A DNA stretch of 64,000 nucleotides, taken from assembly GCA_963677485.1 (NCBI GenBank), contig OY781964.1, forward strand, positions 2,752,001 through 2,816,000, given 5' to 3'. The notes under the pieces were generated by a model that did no database searches, was not told the DNA's origin, and worked only from the letters and a program-made list of their open reading frames with translations. Each line of letters begins with the position of its first letter. The stretch's first letter is position 1. Positions 19,145-29,499 of this stretch are shown here, one piece after another. A program made the translations under genes and the position numbers. Origin of the DNA: Armatimonadota bacterium. Lineage in GTDB: Bacteria; Armatimonadota; HRBIN16.

Positions 19145-20482
19145 TTAGTCGTTGTCGCGGATGATGGCCCTATCACCGATCTGGTTCTTCACGATCAGTT
19201 TCTTTTCGGCGGTGTTGGCCAGGATTTTGGCTGACACCACGCCTCGTGTGAGTGTGACTGCCGTGGCATCTCGGTTGAACATACTGTTGATGACCGTCAA
19301 CTTGCCGGCCTCACAGAGAATCGCCGAGTCGTCCTTGCCTACGCGGCCCCAGTCACGCATACAGCATTGGCTGAGGCTGACGCTTCCCTTGCCCTGCAAA
19401 TACGCGATGTGCTGCGCGCTGCCCCAGAAGGTGCAGTTATTGAATTGAATGTAGTTGGAGCTCTTCTCTGTTGTGACGATCTGTGCGATTTCATGCTCTT
19501 TACTGCTGGCGAAGTCACCTTTCGCAGTCTCGTTGAACGCGGGATGCGCCACAAACTGGCCATTAGTGATGATAATGCCGAAGGGGTTAACGCTATCGGC
19601 CACGATGCACTGGATGGAACCATCGACTCCGCAGCCGCTCATCTGACCGTTGTAACTGCCGGCCTTTGTCTGCACAAAGTGAAAGCCGATTTTGGCTCCA
19701 TACACAAAGCAGTTGGTGAAGTAGCCCCAGTCGTTGCGTCCCACGATGAAGGCCTCCAGATTACGCCGCATCACATTCGCCACCGCCTGGTCGACGTTGG
19801 GTAGCGCGTCTATGGGGCGATTATCCATATCGCTGCGGGGCCAGTAGTGCGGGTTGAAATGCACGTTCTCTACACGGCTGATGTCGTAGCAGTTGTCGAT
19901 GAAGAGCCCCCGCCGAAGCACACATCCGTATATGTTGCGCACCACGCAGAGCGAACTGTCGCTGATACTGCCCAACGCGATGCCATTCCAGGCGTTGACC
20001 ATGGTGATATTCTCAATCTGGCAGTGCATCCCTTCGGCTTGAACCGCCCAGGGATAGGGCACAGGGTTGGGCCAGCTCTGTTCCGGCCAGGCGATGGTGA
20101 GGCCCATCAACCCGGTGCTGGTGTTCATGCGGATACCTGCCGGGGCGTCTTCTTTGCCGCGACCGCCCGTCAGCAGCAAGCAGGTTCCCACTTTAGTAAG
20201 GCCGTGGTGGGTGCTCTCCCATACGCCTTTCAGGGTCACCCCTGTGGGGATGTTCAGTGAACTTGCGATACGGAACTGGCCTGCGGGCAGCTCCAGGCTT
20301 CCACCTGTTTTGGCAGCCTGCCCCAGAAGTGACTGTATGGCCGCGGTGGCATCTGTTTTGCCGTCCGACATCGGTGCCAAGTCGGGTTCCACGGTGGTGC
20401 CGTTGATGCGTGCCGGTGCGGCGATGACCCCCAGCGGCAGCAGTAGCAGCGCGAGCAGCAGATACCGAAATGTGTGATTCAT
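19145..20482 (-). CDS. Secreted right-handed beta-helix protein (pectate lyase 3/GH28-related)
   Basis: Signal peptide, then 'DGKTDATAAIQSLL...GGSLELPAGQFRI...LNIPTGVTLKG'. Confidence 0.8.
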   Translation of the reverse strand: MNHTFRYLLLALLLLPLGVIAAPARINGTTVEPDLAPMSDGKTDATAAIQSLLGQAAKTGGSLELPAGQFRIASSLNIPTGVTLKGVWESTHHGLTKVGTCLLLTGGRGKEDAPAGIRMNTSTGLMGLTIAWPEQSWPNPVPYPWAVQAEGMHCQIENITMVNAWNGIALGSISDSSLCVVRNIYGCVLRRGLFIDNCYDISRVENVHFNPHYWPRSDMDNRPIDALPNVDQAVANVMRRNLEAFIVGRNDWGYFTNCFVYGAKIGFHFVQTKAGSYNGQMSGCGVDGSIQCIVADSVNPFGIIITNGQFVAHPAFNETAKGDFASSKEHEIAQIVTTEKSSNYIQFNNCTFWGSAQHIAYLQGKGSVSLSQCCMRDWGRVGKDDSAILCEAGKLTVINSMFNRDATAVTLTRGVVSAKILANTAEKKLIVKNQIGDRAIIRDND

Positions 20483-20589
20483 GGCGTCAGCTCCGTATGT
20501 GATTAGTTACTATCTGTACTACTATTCGCTAAGGCCAGCGGCATTCCCTGCGTGGCCTTGGACGTTCTGACCACGGTCATCCACCGTCG

Positions 20590-21372
20590 TTACACCACCG
20601 TCCGGTACATGCAGCCTTGTGGGATAAAATGCGTAGGAACCCCAGGGAACTGCTCCGATACATATTGTGCCAGGCTCTTCATGCCAGGCTCTTCGGCGGT
20701 GCAATGGTTGACTATCACCAAGGGTATACCGCGGTCAAGGCACCAGGCGCCATCAGCCCAGTAGTTCATGCCGTCGTCCGTGCCGATGATGGCATCTGCA
20801 CCCAGGCTGGTCATGGTTTCATAGCGGGTGATCGCCCCGCAGCCAATCGCCACACGGTTCACTGGGGCATCGGGTTCGCCCACCATCTGCACCGCGTTTT
20901 GGCCAATTTCACGGGTGTGTTCGGCCACATGTTTGGCGAGTTCTCCCAAGGTGGCGACGGGCGACTGGTAGACAGAATGGAACCGGTCAGAGTTCAGCTT
21001 CTCTGACAGCCCAAGCTGCGCTCCCCAGCGGTCGACTATCCCCACCACAGGCATCTGATCCCACACATCGTGGCAGCGGAAGATCACCAGCCGGTTTTGC
21101 TCGATATACAGCCCTTTTTCCTTGCAGTGAGGTTGGGCAAACAGCCGTTCGTCGTCATCCATGTGATTGTAGAACACCGGCTCGTGGGTGATGAACAGGT
21201 TGCAGCCCATCTCAACGGCTTGTTTCAGTGCAGAAGTGCGTGCCTGCCATGCCACCGCGATGCCTCGAACCTCCGTCTCTGGGTCGCCTGTGATGAAGCG
21301 GTCGCAGGTTTTGTCCCAGTTCACCCAGGTTCCGATGGTCTGCATGTGATTTTTGATATCGATAGCCTTCAT
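20590..21372 (-). CDS. Nif3-like dinuclear metal-centre protein
   Basis: True start MKAIDIK at 21372 with a GAGGTG RBS. Motifs GDPETEVRGIAV, LFITHEPVFY, RCHDVWD and NHCTAEEPGM. Confidence 0.88.
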   Translation of the reverse strand: MKAIDIKNHMQTIGTWVNWDKTCDRFITGDPETEVRGIAVAWQARTSALKQAVEMGCNLFITHEPVFYNHMDDDERLFAQPHCKEKGLYIEQNRLVIFRCHDVWDQMPVVGIVDRWGAQLGLSEKLNSDRFHSVYQSPVATLGELAKHVAEHTREIGQNAVQMVGEPDAPVNRVAIGCGAITRYETMTSLGADAIIGTDDGMNYWADGAWCLDRGIPLVIVNHCTAEEPGMKSLAQYVSEQFPGVPTHFIPQGCMYRTVV

Positions 21373-21487
21373 TGTGATCACCTCCGGTGCTGAGAGTGTA
21401 TCACCGCAGGCGGTTTGTTGCCAGTGTGCATATGGGACGCTGGGCGAGTTTTGGGTTCTTGACGCGAGCAGTGGTCTAGGTTCTTTT

Positions 21488-21592
21488 AACCACGGATGGA
21501 CGCGAATGAACGCGGATGGGAACGGCTGGTGTTGACGGCCCCAAATCGCCGGGGTTGTTTGAACCACGAATGGACACGAATGGACACGAATA
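21488..21592. repeat. Triplet-module repeats (AACCACGGATGGACGCGAATGAACGCGGAT; AACCACGAATGGACACGAATGGACACGAAT)
   Basis: 10-nt units repeated three times. The family recurs across the window. Confidence 0.75.
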
Positions 21593-21619
21593 GGGAACAA
21601 AACCGGATCCATTGGAGGT

Positions 21620-22063
21620 GAATCCGTAGGGATGGCCCTTGTGGCCATCCGCAGACGCAGGATGACTACAAAATGGTGTAACGGAAGGCAGGTAACATAC
21701 GGTAAAACCGTCTCTATCCATAAATCTGGCGGATGAGCACAAGGCTCATCCCTACGAATGCAGGTAATTAAAACAAGCCGACAACAAAAACACCAGCGTA
21801 GGACATGCCCGCACGGATAATGCCGAGGGAGGAATACTGCGCCGAATTTGTCGGAGGCGAATCCGTAGGGATGGCCCTTGTGGCCATCCGCAGACGCAGG
21901 ATGACTGTAATGTGGTGAGACAGAAGGTAGATAACATGCGGCACACCAGCCTGTATCCATAAATCTGGCGGATGAGCACAAGACTCATCCCTACGAATGC
22001 AGGTCATATAATGGTGATTTTCGAAGGGACACTAATCTATTACCTCATCCCTACGAATGCAGG
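21620..22063. repeat. Tandem REPINs (two full units with a 239-bp period, plus a partial third)
   Basis: GTAGGGATGGCCCTTGTGGCCATCCG ... CGGATGAGCACAAG(G/A)CTCATCCCTAC at 21626-21755 and 21865-21994. CTCATCCCTACGAATGCAGG occurs again at 22044. Confidence 0.85.
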
Positions 22064-22085
22064 CTATCCAAACAATATGCCATCC

Positions 22086-22120
22086 AAAAACACCGGCGCG
22101 GGATATGCCCGCGCCGGTGT
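22086..22120 (-). terminator. Intrinsic terminator of the VIT-VWA gene
   Basis: Minus strand ACACCGGCGCGGG-cata-TCCCGCGCCGGTGT followed by TTTT, just after the stop codon. Confidence 0.8.
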
Positions 22121-22128
22121 GGATGCGG

Positions 22129-24396
22129 CTACTTCGCCTGGACGGTCAGACTCTTCATCTCGGCGTCGCTCAGTGTCTCCTGACCTTTGGGGCCGATCTC
22201 CACAGCATTGTTGTTGGCCAGAATGGCACGCACATTGCCCAGTGTGGAGTACTGCGCCAGTTTGGGATAGGCCTTCAGCAGCTTGAAGTGCGCGTCGGAG
22301 AACTGCTTGATCTGCATCGCCTTCTGGTCGGGCATCAGACCCGCATCCTCCCAAAACTCACCGCGCTGGTAGAAGGTGCGTGAGGCCACGTTCTGCACAT
22401 TCGCCACAATCACGGTACGGTCGTAGGCGTCCTGGTAGGTTCCACCGATGCGCCGGTTGGCGGCCATCGTACCGAGCTGCTGTGCATTGGCCCGTCCGCC
22501 GGCGGGCATATTCAGCATTCCGGGTGCCTGAGCGGCGTTTTTGCTGCTGTTGGAGTTGGAACTCTGCGCCACACTGTATGCCCCGGTGGTGACATCGGCC
22601 GCTTCTCCAGACTGTTGGCGCATCTGCAACATATCCTTCTGTAACTCGGCCTCGGTCTTGCGTTCATCCGCCAGGAAGGAGGTGTATTCGGTGGGTATTC
22701 CATACTTCTTGGACAACCGCACCACCTCGTCTATCAGCTCCTGGTTGGAGTGCAGCCGGATTTCGTCCAGCAGATATCCGATTTTGCGCGAGGCCCAGAG
22801 CTGGGCGATGAACTGATGCTCTTCACCACTATCGGGCAGGCGGGTGGTCAGCACAAAGCTCTTCTTTTGGTCGCCAGCCGTGCCCCTCAGGATCACTTTG
22901 ACCTCACCCGATCCCTGATATCGTCCCAGCACGATGAGCTGGGTGCCGGTGAAGATGTCGGGCAGATCGGTGTTGGGGTACCTGTCGCTGGTCTTGAGCC
23001 CCTGGATTTCCAGGGTCACATCCGACAGCAGCGGGTCGCTGACTTTTGCGAAGAATCCGCTGATCTTGGCCTCGATGCTCTCCTTCGGACGCACATAATC
23101 GCTGGAGCCGCGGTTTTGCTCCGAGAGTTTGTCCAGAAGGTGGGTGTTCACATCGTAACCCACACCGAACACGAACATCCGAGCTTTGGGGTTCTTGGCA
23201 TTGGTCAGAATGACCTGCGGGTCGGTGTTTCCCGCCGTGGGCTGACCATCGGTGATGAAAATCACGTAGTTGTTCGAGGATTCGACCCCGGCAAACTGCT
23301 TGCGTGCGCTTATCAGGGCATCGTTGATATTGGTGCCGCCCGATGCATCGAGCTCATTGACCGTGTCCAGCGCCTTTTTGCGACTTTCGCTGCTGAGCTT
23401 CTGAAGCGTCTTGAACAACAGATCGGGGTTTTCGTTGAAGGTGATCACGTTGAAGCTGTCCTGCGGCTTCAAGGAGTTCAGACAGAAGCTGAGTGCCTGC
23501 TTCGCTTGGTCGATCTTTTCACCCGCCATGCTGCCGGTGCGGTCCAGCACAAAAGCCACGTTCTTGGGCTGCACTTTGGCCTTCGCCACTTCCACACGCG
23601 GACTGGCCAACAGCATGTAGTAGCCAGGTTCGCCGGGCTGTTTGTGCGCCACCATGTCGATGCCAACGTCGTCATTTGACACAGAATAGTAGAGCTCCAG
23701 GTCAGTATCCGGCACGCTGTTTTTAGCCGACCATGTCACGGTGGCCTCGCGGTCGGAGGTGCGGTCTACCACCACTTGATGGGTGGGCGAATAGACGCTG
23801 GTGATCGGCCGTGAGGCGCTGATCTTGATGGTGACGGAACAGTCCTCCAGCGGTCGGGCGGAGAACCGCTCCGTGCTGAGGGGGTAGACGTACCGGCAGA
23901 CATTGCCAGTTTTTTTCACCACCTCCGCGTAGCTTAAGCGGATCCGCTTGTCACCGTTCGCGGGGATGGGGTAAACCCGCGCGCGAAAGGTGTTGCGGCC
24001 GATATACTCCAGTATCGCCGGGTCTTTACGCTGCCTGACGATAGATTCGTATATATTTCTAGCTTCGTCTTTATCCAGGATATTGCCAAGTATCTCCTGC
24101 TCGCCGGCATACATGGAGAACTTGGTGATGGCGGAACCCTCCGGCATTGGGAATATATACATGCCCTCGCGGTCCACTCCGCTGTCGTTGTGGAATATCT
24201 GGTCGACCTTAGTAGTGCAAAGCTGGTCTTGGATGTTGACATTCACGTGATGGTATTTCACGGTGAACAGTTCCTTGGGCATCATGATGCTGGTATTGGG
24301 CCGTTCGATGGGGAAGATCATACCATCAGCCAATGCGCCGATGCTGAGCAGCATGGACAGCATCAGCATGGGGATTACGTGTGCTATAGCCTTCAT
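22129..24396 (-). CDS. Secreted VIT and VWA domain protein
   Basis: Signal peptide from ATG 24396. VIT 'TKVDQIFHN...EGMYIFPMP', MIDAS DRTGS, GGTNI and FITDGQPT. Confidence 0.9.
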   Translation of the reverse strand: MKAIAHVIPMLMLSMLLSIGALADGMIFPIERPNTSIMMPKELFTVKYHHVNVNIQDQLCTTKVDQIFHNDSGVDREGMYIFPMPEGSAITKFSMYAGEQEILGNILDKDEARNIYESIVRQRKDPAILEYIGRNTFRARVYPIPANGDKRIRLSYAEVVKKTGNVCRYVYPLSTERFSARPLEDCSVTIKISASRPITSVYSPTHQVVVDRTSDREATVTWSAKNSVPDTDLELYYSVSNDDVGIDMVAHKQPGEPGYYMLLASPRVEVAKAKVQPKNVAFVLDRTGSMAGEKIDQAKQALSFCLNSLKPQDSFNVITFNENPDLLFKTLQKLSSESRKKALDTVNELDASGGTNINDALISARKQFAGVESSNNYVIFITDGQPTAGNTDPQVILTNAKNPKARMFVFGVGYDVNTHLLDKLSEQNRGSSDYVRPKESIEAKISGFFAKVSDPLLSDVTLEIQGLKTSDRYPNTDLPDIFTGTQLIVLGRYQGSGEVKVILRGTAGDQKKSFVLTTRLPDSGEEHQFIAQLWASRKIGYLLDEIRLHSNQELIDEVVRLSKKYGIPTEYTSFLADERKTEAELQKDMLQMRQQSGEAADVTTGAYSVAQSSNSNSSKNAAQAPGMLNMPAGGRANAQQLGTMAANRRIGGTYQDAYDRTVIVANVQNVASRTFYQRGEFWEDAGLMPDQKAMQIKQFSDAHFKLLKAYPKLAQYSTLGNVRAILANNNAVEIGPKGQETLSDAEMKSLTVQAK

Positions 24397-24502
24397 AGGT
24401 TCCTCCGGTTCTCCTTCGGGTATCGCCCGTCTTGCTGGAAGTGCGATGAACAGAGAATAAGACGATACCACGCGGGAAAAGTTTCAGGTGGGTTTGGGGG
24501 AT

Positions 24503-24725
24503 TCCAACGCAAAGGCGCAAGGGACGCAGAGGACGCAAAGGGGGGATGGCCTCACGCGGAGACGCGGAGAGCGCGGAGGGGGCCTCCCCATCCGTGAAAT
24601 CCTCCCCATCCGTGTAATCCGTGGTTCAGACAAAAGGCTCGGAGGGAATGTCTCACTCAAAGACTGATTAACCCTTGCGTCCTTGCACCTTTGCGCCTTT
24701 GCGTTGGGATCCGTGGTTCAGACAA
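24503..24725. repeat. Triplet-module repeat array
   Basis: CAACGCAAAGGCGCAAGG..., CTCACGCGGAGACGCGGAGAGCGCGGAG, ATCCGTGTAATCCGTGGTTCAGACA, and inverted CCTTTGCGCCTTTGCGTTG. Confidence 0.8.
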
Positions 24726-24972
24726 GCCCCTGCCGTTCAATATGCCCCCGGCTACAAGCTCGCTTCCACCCATTTCAACAATCGACCCAAGTTAGTGCCC
24801 TTAAGCATTGACAACCTCCAATATAAAAGGTATACATAATCAGAGCAGCACTGTAAACCAAGCAATTGGATTAACTGAACAAGGACTAACAACAGATTTT
24901 GCGAGGGAGCTGGCGTTGAGCCATCTCAAGGCTGCCGCCGCAATGCTGGCTAATACCGGAGGAAAAGACCAA

Positions 24973-25977
24973 ATGCGCATCCCAACTATCGTTATGTGTA
25001 CCCTGTGTTTCGCGTCAATGGCTACCCAGACACTGTGCTCCACCAAGTTCACGATCAAAGAGCTAAGCGTTCCCAAAGGAGCAAAAAGTGCCATCGCAGT
25101 ATCCGTCAATGCTCGCGGGGACGTCGTAGGCTATAGCATTACACCGCAGAACTCAACTGCTGGTAGCATGAGTAACACACGGGCAGTGTTGTGGAAAGAT
25201 GGCAAGCTCATTGATCTTCATCCATCCAGTAGTGCGACCGGCTCAAGAGCCGTCGCTATCAATGACAAAGGGGATGTACTCGTAAGTAGCGGATATTACA
25301 ATGCGTACCTTTGGACTAATGGGAAGTTTCGGAACCTCGGGACGCTTCCGGGTTATCCGAAAACATTGGGATATGCCCTTAACAATAAAGGTCAAGTGGC
25401 AGGTGTGTGTTTCACTAGCAATGGATTGCAGAAGCCCTTCATCTGGACTAACGGACGGATGGTAATATTAAAGATGCCTCCTAAATGCGATAATGCAGAG
25501 ATAGTAGGAATAAGTGATCAGGGCGTAGTGATCGGTAGGACCGAAATATATGAAACACGTTCATATTGGGTTCTGTGGAAACGGCAAGAGATGAATATAC
25601 TTAAAATGCCCAAAGTGATGTGTCTGTTCGGGATGAACAATAAAGGTAATGCGACCGGATTCAACGAGCCGAACCGCAGTAAAAGAATTGCTGTGGTATG
25701 GAAAGACGGTAACCTCAAACAACTTAAAATCCCCAAGGGTATCAGGGAATCACAAGGAAAGGCAATAAACGACCGTGGATGGGTAGCCGGAGATGCGATT
25801 TCTGGCGCAATGAAATATGCCATAGTGTGGCTACCAAAAGAGGTTGTTGACCTGCGGATTCCAGGAAGGGACACGCGCGCATATGGGATAAACAATGCGG
25901 GCACCGTGGTTGGTTCTTTCGCAGACGCTAAGGGCAACCTGCGTCCAGTGGTTTGGACAATGCAGCCGGGTAAATAG
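24973..25977 (+). CDS. Secreted HAF-repeat (beta-propeller-like) protein
   Basis: Signal peptide from ATG 24973. Repeats 'AVAINDKGDV', 'GYALNNKGQVAG', 'AYGINNAGTVVG' and 'A.LW..G'. Confidence 0.8.
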   Translation: MRIPTIVMCTLCFASMATQTLCSTKFTIKELSVPKGAKSAIAVSVNARGDVVGYSITPQNSTAGSMSNTRAVLWKDGKLIDLHPSSSATGSRAVAINDKGDVLVSSGYYNAYLWTNGKFRNLGTLPGYPKTLGYALNNKGQVAGVCFTSNGLQKPFIWTNGRMVILKMPPKCDNAEIVGISDQGVVIGRTEIYETRSYWVLWKRQEMNILKMPKVMCLFGMNNKGNATGFNEPNRSKRIAVVWKDGNLKQLKIPKGIRESQGKAINDRGWVAGDAISGAMKYAIVWLPKEVVDLRIPGRDTRAYGINNAGTVVGSFADAKGNLRPVVWTMQPGK

Positions 25978-26121
25978 CTGCTATATCTACTGGCAGCGAC
26001 ATACACGTATGGTTCAGCAGCGGCATCGCCTGTGTGGGGCAGGCATATAGGCTTGCCCCACACCACGATGTAATACATATGCATTACATCGGTGGTACAA
26101 TGGGCATAGAGGTACCACAAC

Positions 26122-26424
26122 ATGCCAACAACACGCATCAAGTCGGACAGCCTGAGTTGCAGGGTGTCCCCTGAACACAAGCAGTTGATCGAACAGGCGG
26201 CGAAGCTCTCGGGGTATAGCCTGTCGGACTTCATCACTCATGCTTTAGTCTCTACCGCGGCCGAGATGGTGCGCGAAGCACCGGTCATACAACTGACAAA
26301 GAGCGAGTGGGACAGCTTCACATCATCCCTGGATCGACCTGTGCGAGTGCCAGGAGAAGCAACTCAGCACGCCGTCGAACTGTTCAACCAAGGGCATGAT
26401 GATGCCGATACGAAGGTATGGTAG
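26122..26424 (+). CDS. DUF1778-family (TacA/AtaR-like) RHH antitoxin
   Basis: 'RVSPEHKQLIEQAAKLSGYSLSDFI...IQLTKSEWDSFTSSLDRP'. Overlaps the GNAT gene. Confidence 0.88.
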   Translation: MPTTRIKSDSLSCRVSPEHKQLIEQAAKLSGYSLSDFITHALVSTAAEMVREAPVIQLTKSEWDSFTSSLDRPVRVPGEATQHAVELFNQGHDDADTKVW

Positions 26425-26939
26425 AGAGGCCGGTCAGCCCTTCGCCCCTGGTCATCGAACATCTCGACAAGGCTGTGCATAACAGGCGAGACTTCGACTG
26501 TGGCGAACCGGCTCTGAATGATTACCTGATGTTTACCGCGCGGCAGCATGTAGATAAGGGCTACGCCCAAGTATGGGTTGCCGTGCAGGAGCCAGGTGCC
26601 GCTCAGGTGATCGGCTACTATACTCTTTCCATGAGTGCTGTTGAGTCTGACGAGGTGCCTCATAAAACCGGCATCAAGAGGATACCCGCGGTTCTACTTG
26701 GCAGGCTGGCGGTAGATAGCCGCTACCAGGGCCAAAACATAGGCGTCCGGCTTCTCATCCACGCCCAGCGCAGTGCCTTACTGCTCTCCCGGAATGTGGG
26801 TGTTCATGCGCTCATCGTGGATGCTCTCAATGAGAAAGCCGCGGCATTCTACCGGAAATACGACTTTGAGGAGCTCACTACCGGACCTCTGCACCTGTAC
26901 AAGACCATCAAAGACATCGCCGCGATGGGCATCATATAA
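26418..26939 (+). CDS. GNAT acetyltransferase toxin (TacT/AtaT-like)
   Basis: FDCGEPALNDYL, GYYTLS, PAVLLGRLAVDSRYQGQNIG and VDALNEKAAAFYRKYDF. Confidence 0.92.
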   Translation: MVERPVSPSPLVIEHLDKAVHNRRDFDCGEPALNDYLMFTARQHVDKGYAQVWVAVQEPGAAQVIGYYTLSMSAVESDEVPHKTGIKRIPAVLLGRLAVDSRYQGQNIGVRLLIHAQRSALLLSRNVGVHALIVDALNEKAAAFYRKYDFEELTTGPLHLYKTIKDIAAMGII

Positions 26940-26946
26940 GGTGTAT

Positions 26947-27227
26947 CTCACGCAGAGACGCGGAGAGCGCGGAGGGGATATAAATACACAGATCACACAG
27001 ATGACGCAGATAAGGAACCGCGACTATCCCATCCGTGTCATCCGTGGTTCAGACAGGTCCGGCGCAGCCATGCCCTAATCTGCGTAATCTGCGTAATCTG
27101 TGGATCACCCTCCCCATTCGTGTTCATTCGTGGTGAACAAGCACCGATATGACCTGTAGGACGAGTAGGACGGGTCACACAACAAATGGCCTTTGCGTCA
27201 TGGCACCTTTGCGCCATTGCGTTGGGT
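26947..27227. repeat. Triplet-module repeat array
   Basis: Seven modules, including CTCACGCAGAGACGCGGAGAGCGCGGAG, ACACAGATCACACAGATGACGCAGAT, ATCTGCGTAATCTGCGTAATCTGTGG and GTAGGACGAGTAGGACG. Confidence 0.8.
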
Positions 27228-27247
27228 TTCGTCCTATCTCCTGCCGC

Positions 27248-28216
27248 CTACCACTCCAGCGTCACTTTGATCACCCCGCTGGATCGGTCGCGCATCAGGC
27301 GGTAGCCTTCTTCGAAATCGGAGGCGCGCAGCCTGTGCGTGATCAGCCGGTCAATCGGAAGCCGATCCTCAATCGCCAGTCGCACAGCGTCGGGCCAGGC
27401 ACCAGCGCTGGCGTTGCTGCCGATCAGCGTGACCTCACGCCACAGCATCTGGTTCCACGGGGTGGCAGGGCAGGTATCGCCGTAGTCGCCCACCTCCAAC
27501 ACCTTCCCCTGCTTGGCGGCGATCGCCAGAGAGGCGTCCATCGCCTTACCAGAGCCTGATGCCTCTATCACCACGGGGAACTCCAGACCAGTGCGCGACT
27601 TGATCTCGCCGACCATATCGCCATCGAACTCGTGATAGTTCAACGTGCTCGCAGCCCCGAATTCCGTGGCGATGTCGAGGCGGAGTGCACGTCCGCCCAC
27701 CGTGACCACATAATGGCCGCGTCGTGACATCAGCAGCGTCAGCATCAACCCGATGGGGCCGTCGCCGAATATCAGAACCGGCCCAGGAACCACCTCACCC
27801 AGCCGGTGGAGTGCGTGAACCGACACCGCCAGCGGCTCGATCAGTGCCAATGTGGGGAAGGCGATGTCTGAGGGCACCGTCAGCACGTTCGCGGCCTCGG
27901 TCAATAGATACTCCGCATATCCGCCCGGGTGCTCAAAGCCGACCTCAAGGCCGTCGGCCAGCACGTTCTCCGCCACGCATCGTTTGCCAACCAGTGAGGC
28001 ATCCACACCCTCACCCACAGCATCCACCGTGCCAGCCCATTCGTGCCCAGGTATGGCAGGGAAGCCGTTGCGCTCCCAGCCAGCCACCATGGCCAGGTCT
28101 GTGGCGCAGATGCCCACCGCACCGGTGTGGATACGAACCTGGCCCGCGCCTGGTACAGGCAGCGGCAGCTCCAGCATCTCCAGACGGCCAGGCCCCGTGT
28201 TGACTATCGCCCTCAT
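27248..28216 (-). CDS. Zn-dependent medium-chain alcohol/sugar dehydrogenase (lacks the structural-Zn lobe)
   Basis: Start MRAIVNTG overlaps the upstream stop. Motifs GICATD, PGHEWAG, LIEPLAV and GDGPIG. Confidence 0.88.
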   Translation of the reverse strand: MRAIVNTGPGRLEMLELPLPVPGAGQVRIHTGAVGICATDLAMVAGWERNGFPAIPGHEWAGTVDAVGEGVDASLVGKRCVAENVLADGLEVGFEHPGGYAEYLLTEAANVLTVPSDIAFPTLALIEPLAVSVHALHRLGEVVPGPVLIFGDGPIGLMLTLLMSRRGHYVVTVGGRALRLDIATEFGAASTLNYHEFDGDMVGEIKSRTGLEFPVVIEASGSGKAMDASLAIAAKQGKVLEVGDYGDTCPATPWNQMLWREVTLIGSNASAGAWPDAVRLAIEDRLPIDRLITHRLRASDFEEGYRLMRDRSSGVIKVTLEW

Positions 28217-29247
28217 GGGTTGATGACCACCTTGTTCCGCTCTGACGAACCCATCACTTCGACCGCCTTGTGGATTTCGGAGAGGGAGAAGCGGTGCGAG
28301 ATGATCTTCTCGATGTCGATCAATCCCGTCTCCATCAGCCGGATCGCTTTGCTCATGGCCAGTGGGGTGGTGCCGAAACTGGCGTCCATACGCCCCTCGA
28401 GGAAGTGGGTCAGACCGCCGTCCAGCTCGAACTTCTCGTGGGTGGTGATGCCAAACACATTCCAACGCGTGCCGCGGCGGCGCAGGTCAACCATTAGCCG
28501 GACGGCCTGGATTGGCCCTGCCGCTTCCACCACCAGATCGGGACCGTGGGGGATGATCTCGTAAACGCGTTTCTTGGCATCCTCTTTCGCCGGGTTGATC
28601 ACGTGCGTGGCTCCCAGCTTCATGGCGTGCTCCAGCGCGTATTCGCTGGTGTCGATGGCGATCAAACGGCCTGCACCTGCGGCTTTGGCCACCATCATGC
28701 ATAGCAGTCCGATGCTGCCCACACCGATGATCACCACATCGTCACCCACCTGCATCTCACTATACTGAATCACACCCTTCCAAGCGCCTGAGAGCGGTTC
28801 GGTGATGGCGGAGGCGTCAAATGACAGGCTGGCGGGTTTCGCAAACAGGGTGTTCTCTTTGGTCTTCATATACTCGGCGAACGCCCCAGGCCACACATCC
28901 ACGGGGCCGTCGCCGCCGGTGGTGAAGGCATGCTCGCAGTAGTGCGGGTTGTTCGTGCGGCAATGGCTGCAGTATCCGCAATAACCGGACGGCTGAACGA
29001 TCACCTCGTCACCCACCTTGAAATGCGTCATGCCTGGGCCGACCTCATGCACGATGCCGCTGGGCTCATGACCTACGATAGATGGGAACTGCACGTTTGT
29101 GCGGATACCCTTGATGGCTTTATAATCTGTCGCGCAGAACCCGCACGACTTAATCTTCACGACGACTTCGCCGAAGCCCGTGGCACGGGGCATCGGCACC
29201 TCTTCCAGTTCCAGTTTGTTGAAATCTTTGAGTACGGCTGCTAACAT
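28213..29247 (-). CDS. Zn-dependent medium-chain dehydrogenase (sorbitol/threonine DH-like)
   Basis: CGFCATD, VGHEPSG, CGYCSHC-x7-C and IGVGSIG. Confidence 0.92.
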   Translation of the reverse strand: MLAAVLKDFNKLELEEVPMPRATGFGEVVVKIKSCGFCATDYKAIKGIRTNVQFPSIVGHEPSGIVHEVGPGMTHFKVGDEVIVQPSGYCGYCSHCRTNNPHYCEHAFTTGGDGPVDVWPGAFAEYMKTKENTLFAKPASLSFDASAITEPLSGAWKGVIQYSEMQVGDDVVIIGVGSIGLLCMMVAKAAGAGRLIAIDTSEYALEHAMKLGATHVINPAKEDAKKRVYEIIPHGPDLVVEAAGPIQAVRLMVDLRRRGTRWNVFGITTHEKFELDGGLTHFLEGRMDASFGTTPLAMSKAIRLMETGLIDIEKIISHRFSLSEIHKAVEVMGSSERNKVVINP

Positions 29248-29399
29248 GGGATCATTCCTCCAGATCGGTCCGCTTCACACAGACCGTTTATGTTATACCG
29301 TGCTACCGGTCGGATGGCAAATGAGGGGGGGTGATCTAGGCGGAGGCCAATCGGCCAAGACCGCACCGGTCTATCGGCGATCGGTATGAAAGGAACGAA

Positions 29400-29489
29400 T
29401 ATCCACAGATGACGCAGATGACTAAGGTGAGGCCCCGCCACCTCCCCATCCGTAACATCCGCGTCATCCGTGAAATCCGTGGTTCAGAC
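29400..29489. repeat. Triplet-module repeat array
   Basis: ATCCACAGATGACGCAGATG and ATCCGCGTCATCCGTGAAATCCGTGGTTCAGAC. Confidence 0.75.
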
Positions 29490-29499
29490 GACTGGGCCC

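Noticed and set aside
20590-21981. 463-aa ORF as a long Nif3 protein
   Set aside because: The first 203 codons run through REPIN and triplet repeats. The real start with an RBS is at 21372.
24808-24972. N-terminal extension of the HAF-repeat protein
   Set aside because: The TTG start coincides with a TTGACA -35-like box, and the signal peptide begins at ATG 24973.
27248-28465. 405-aa start for the second dehydrogenase
   Set aside because: The first 83 codons overlap the upstream gene. The ATGA-coupled start at 28216 fits the family N-terminus.
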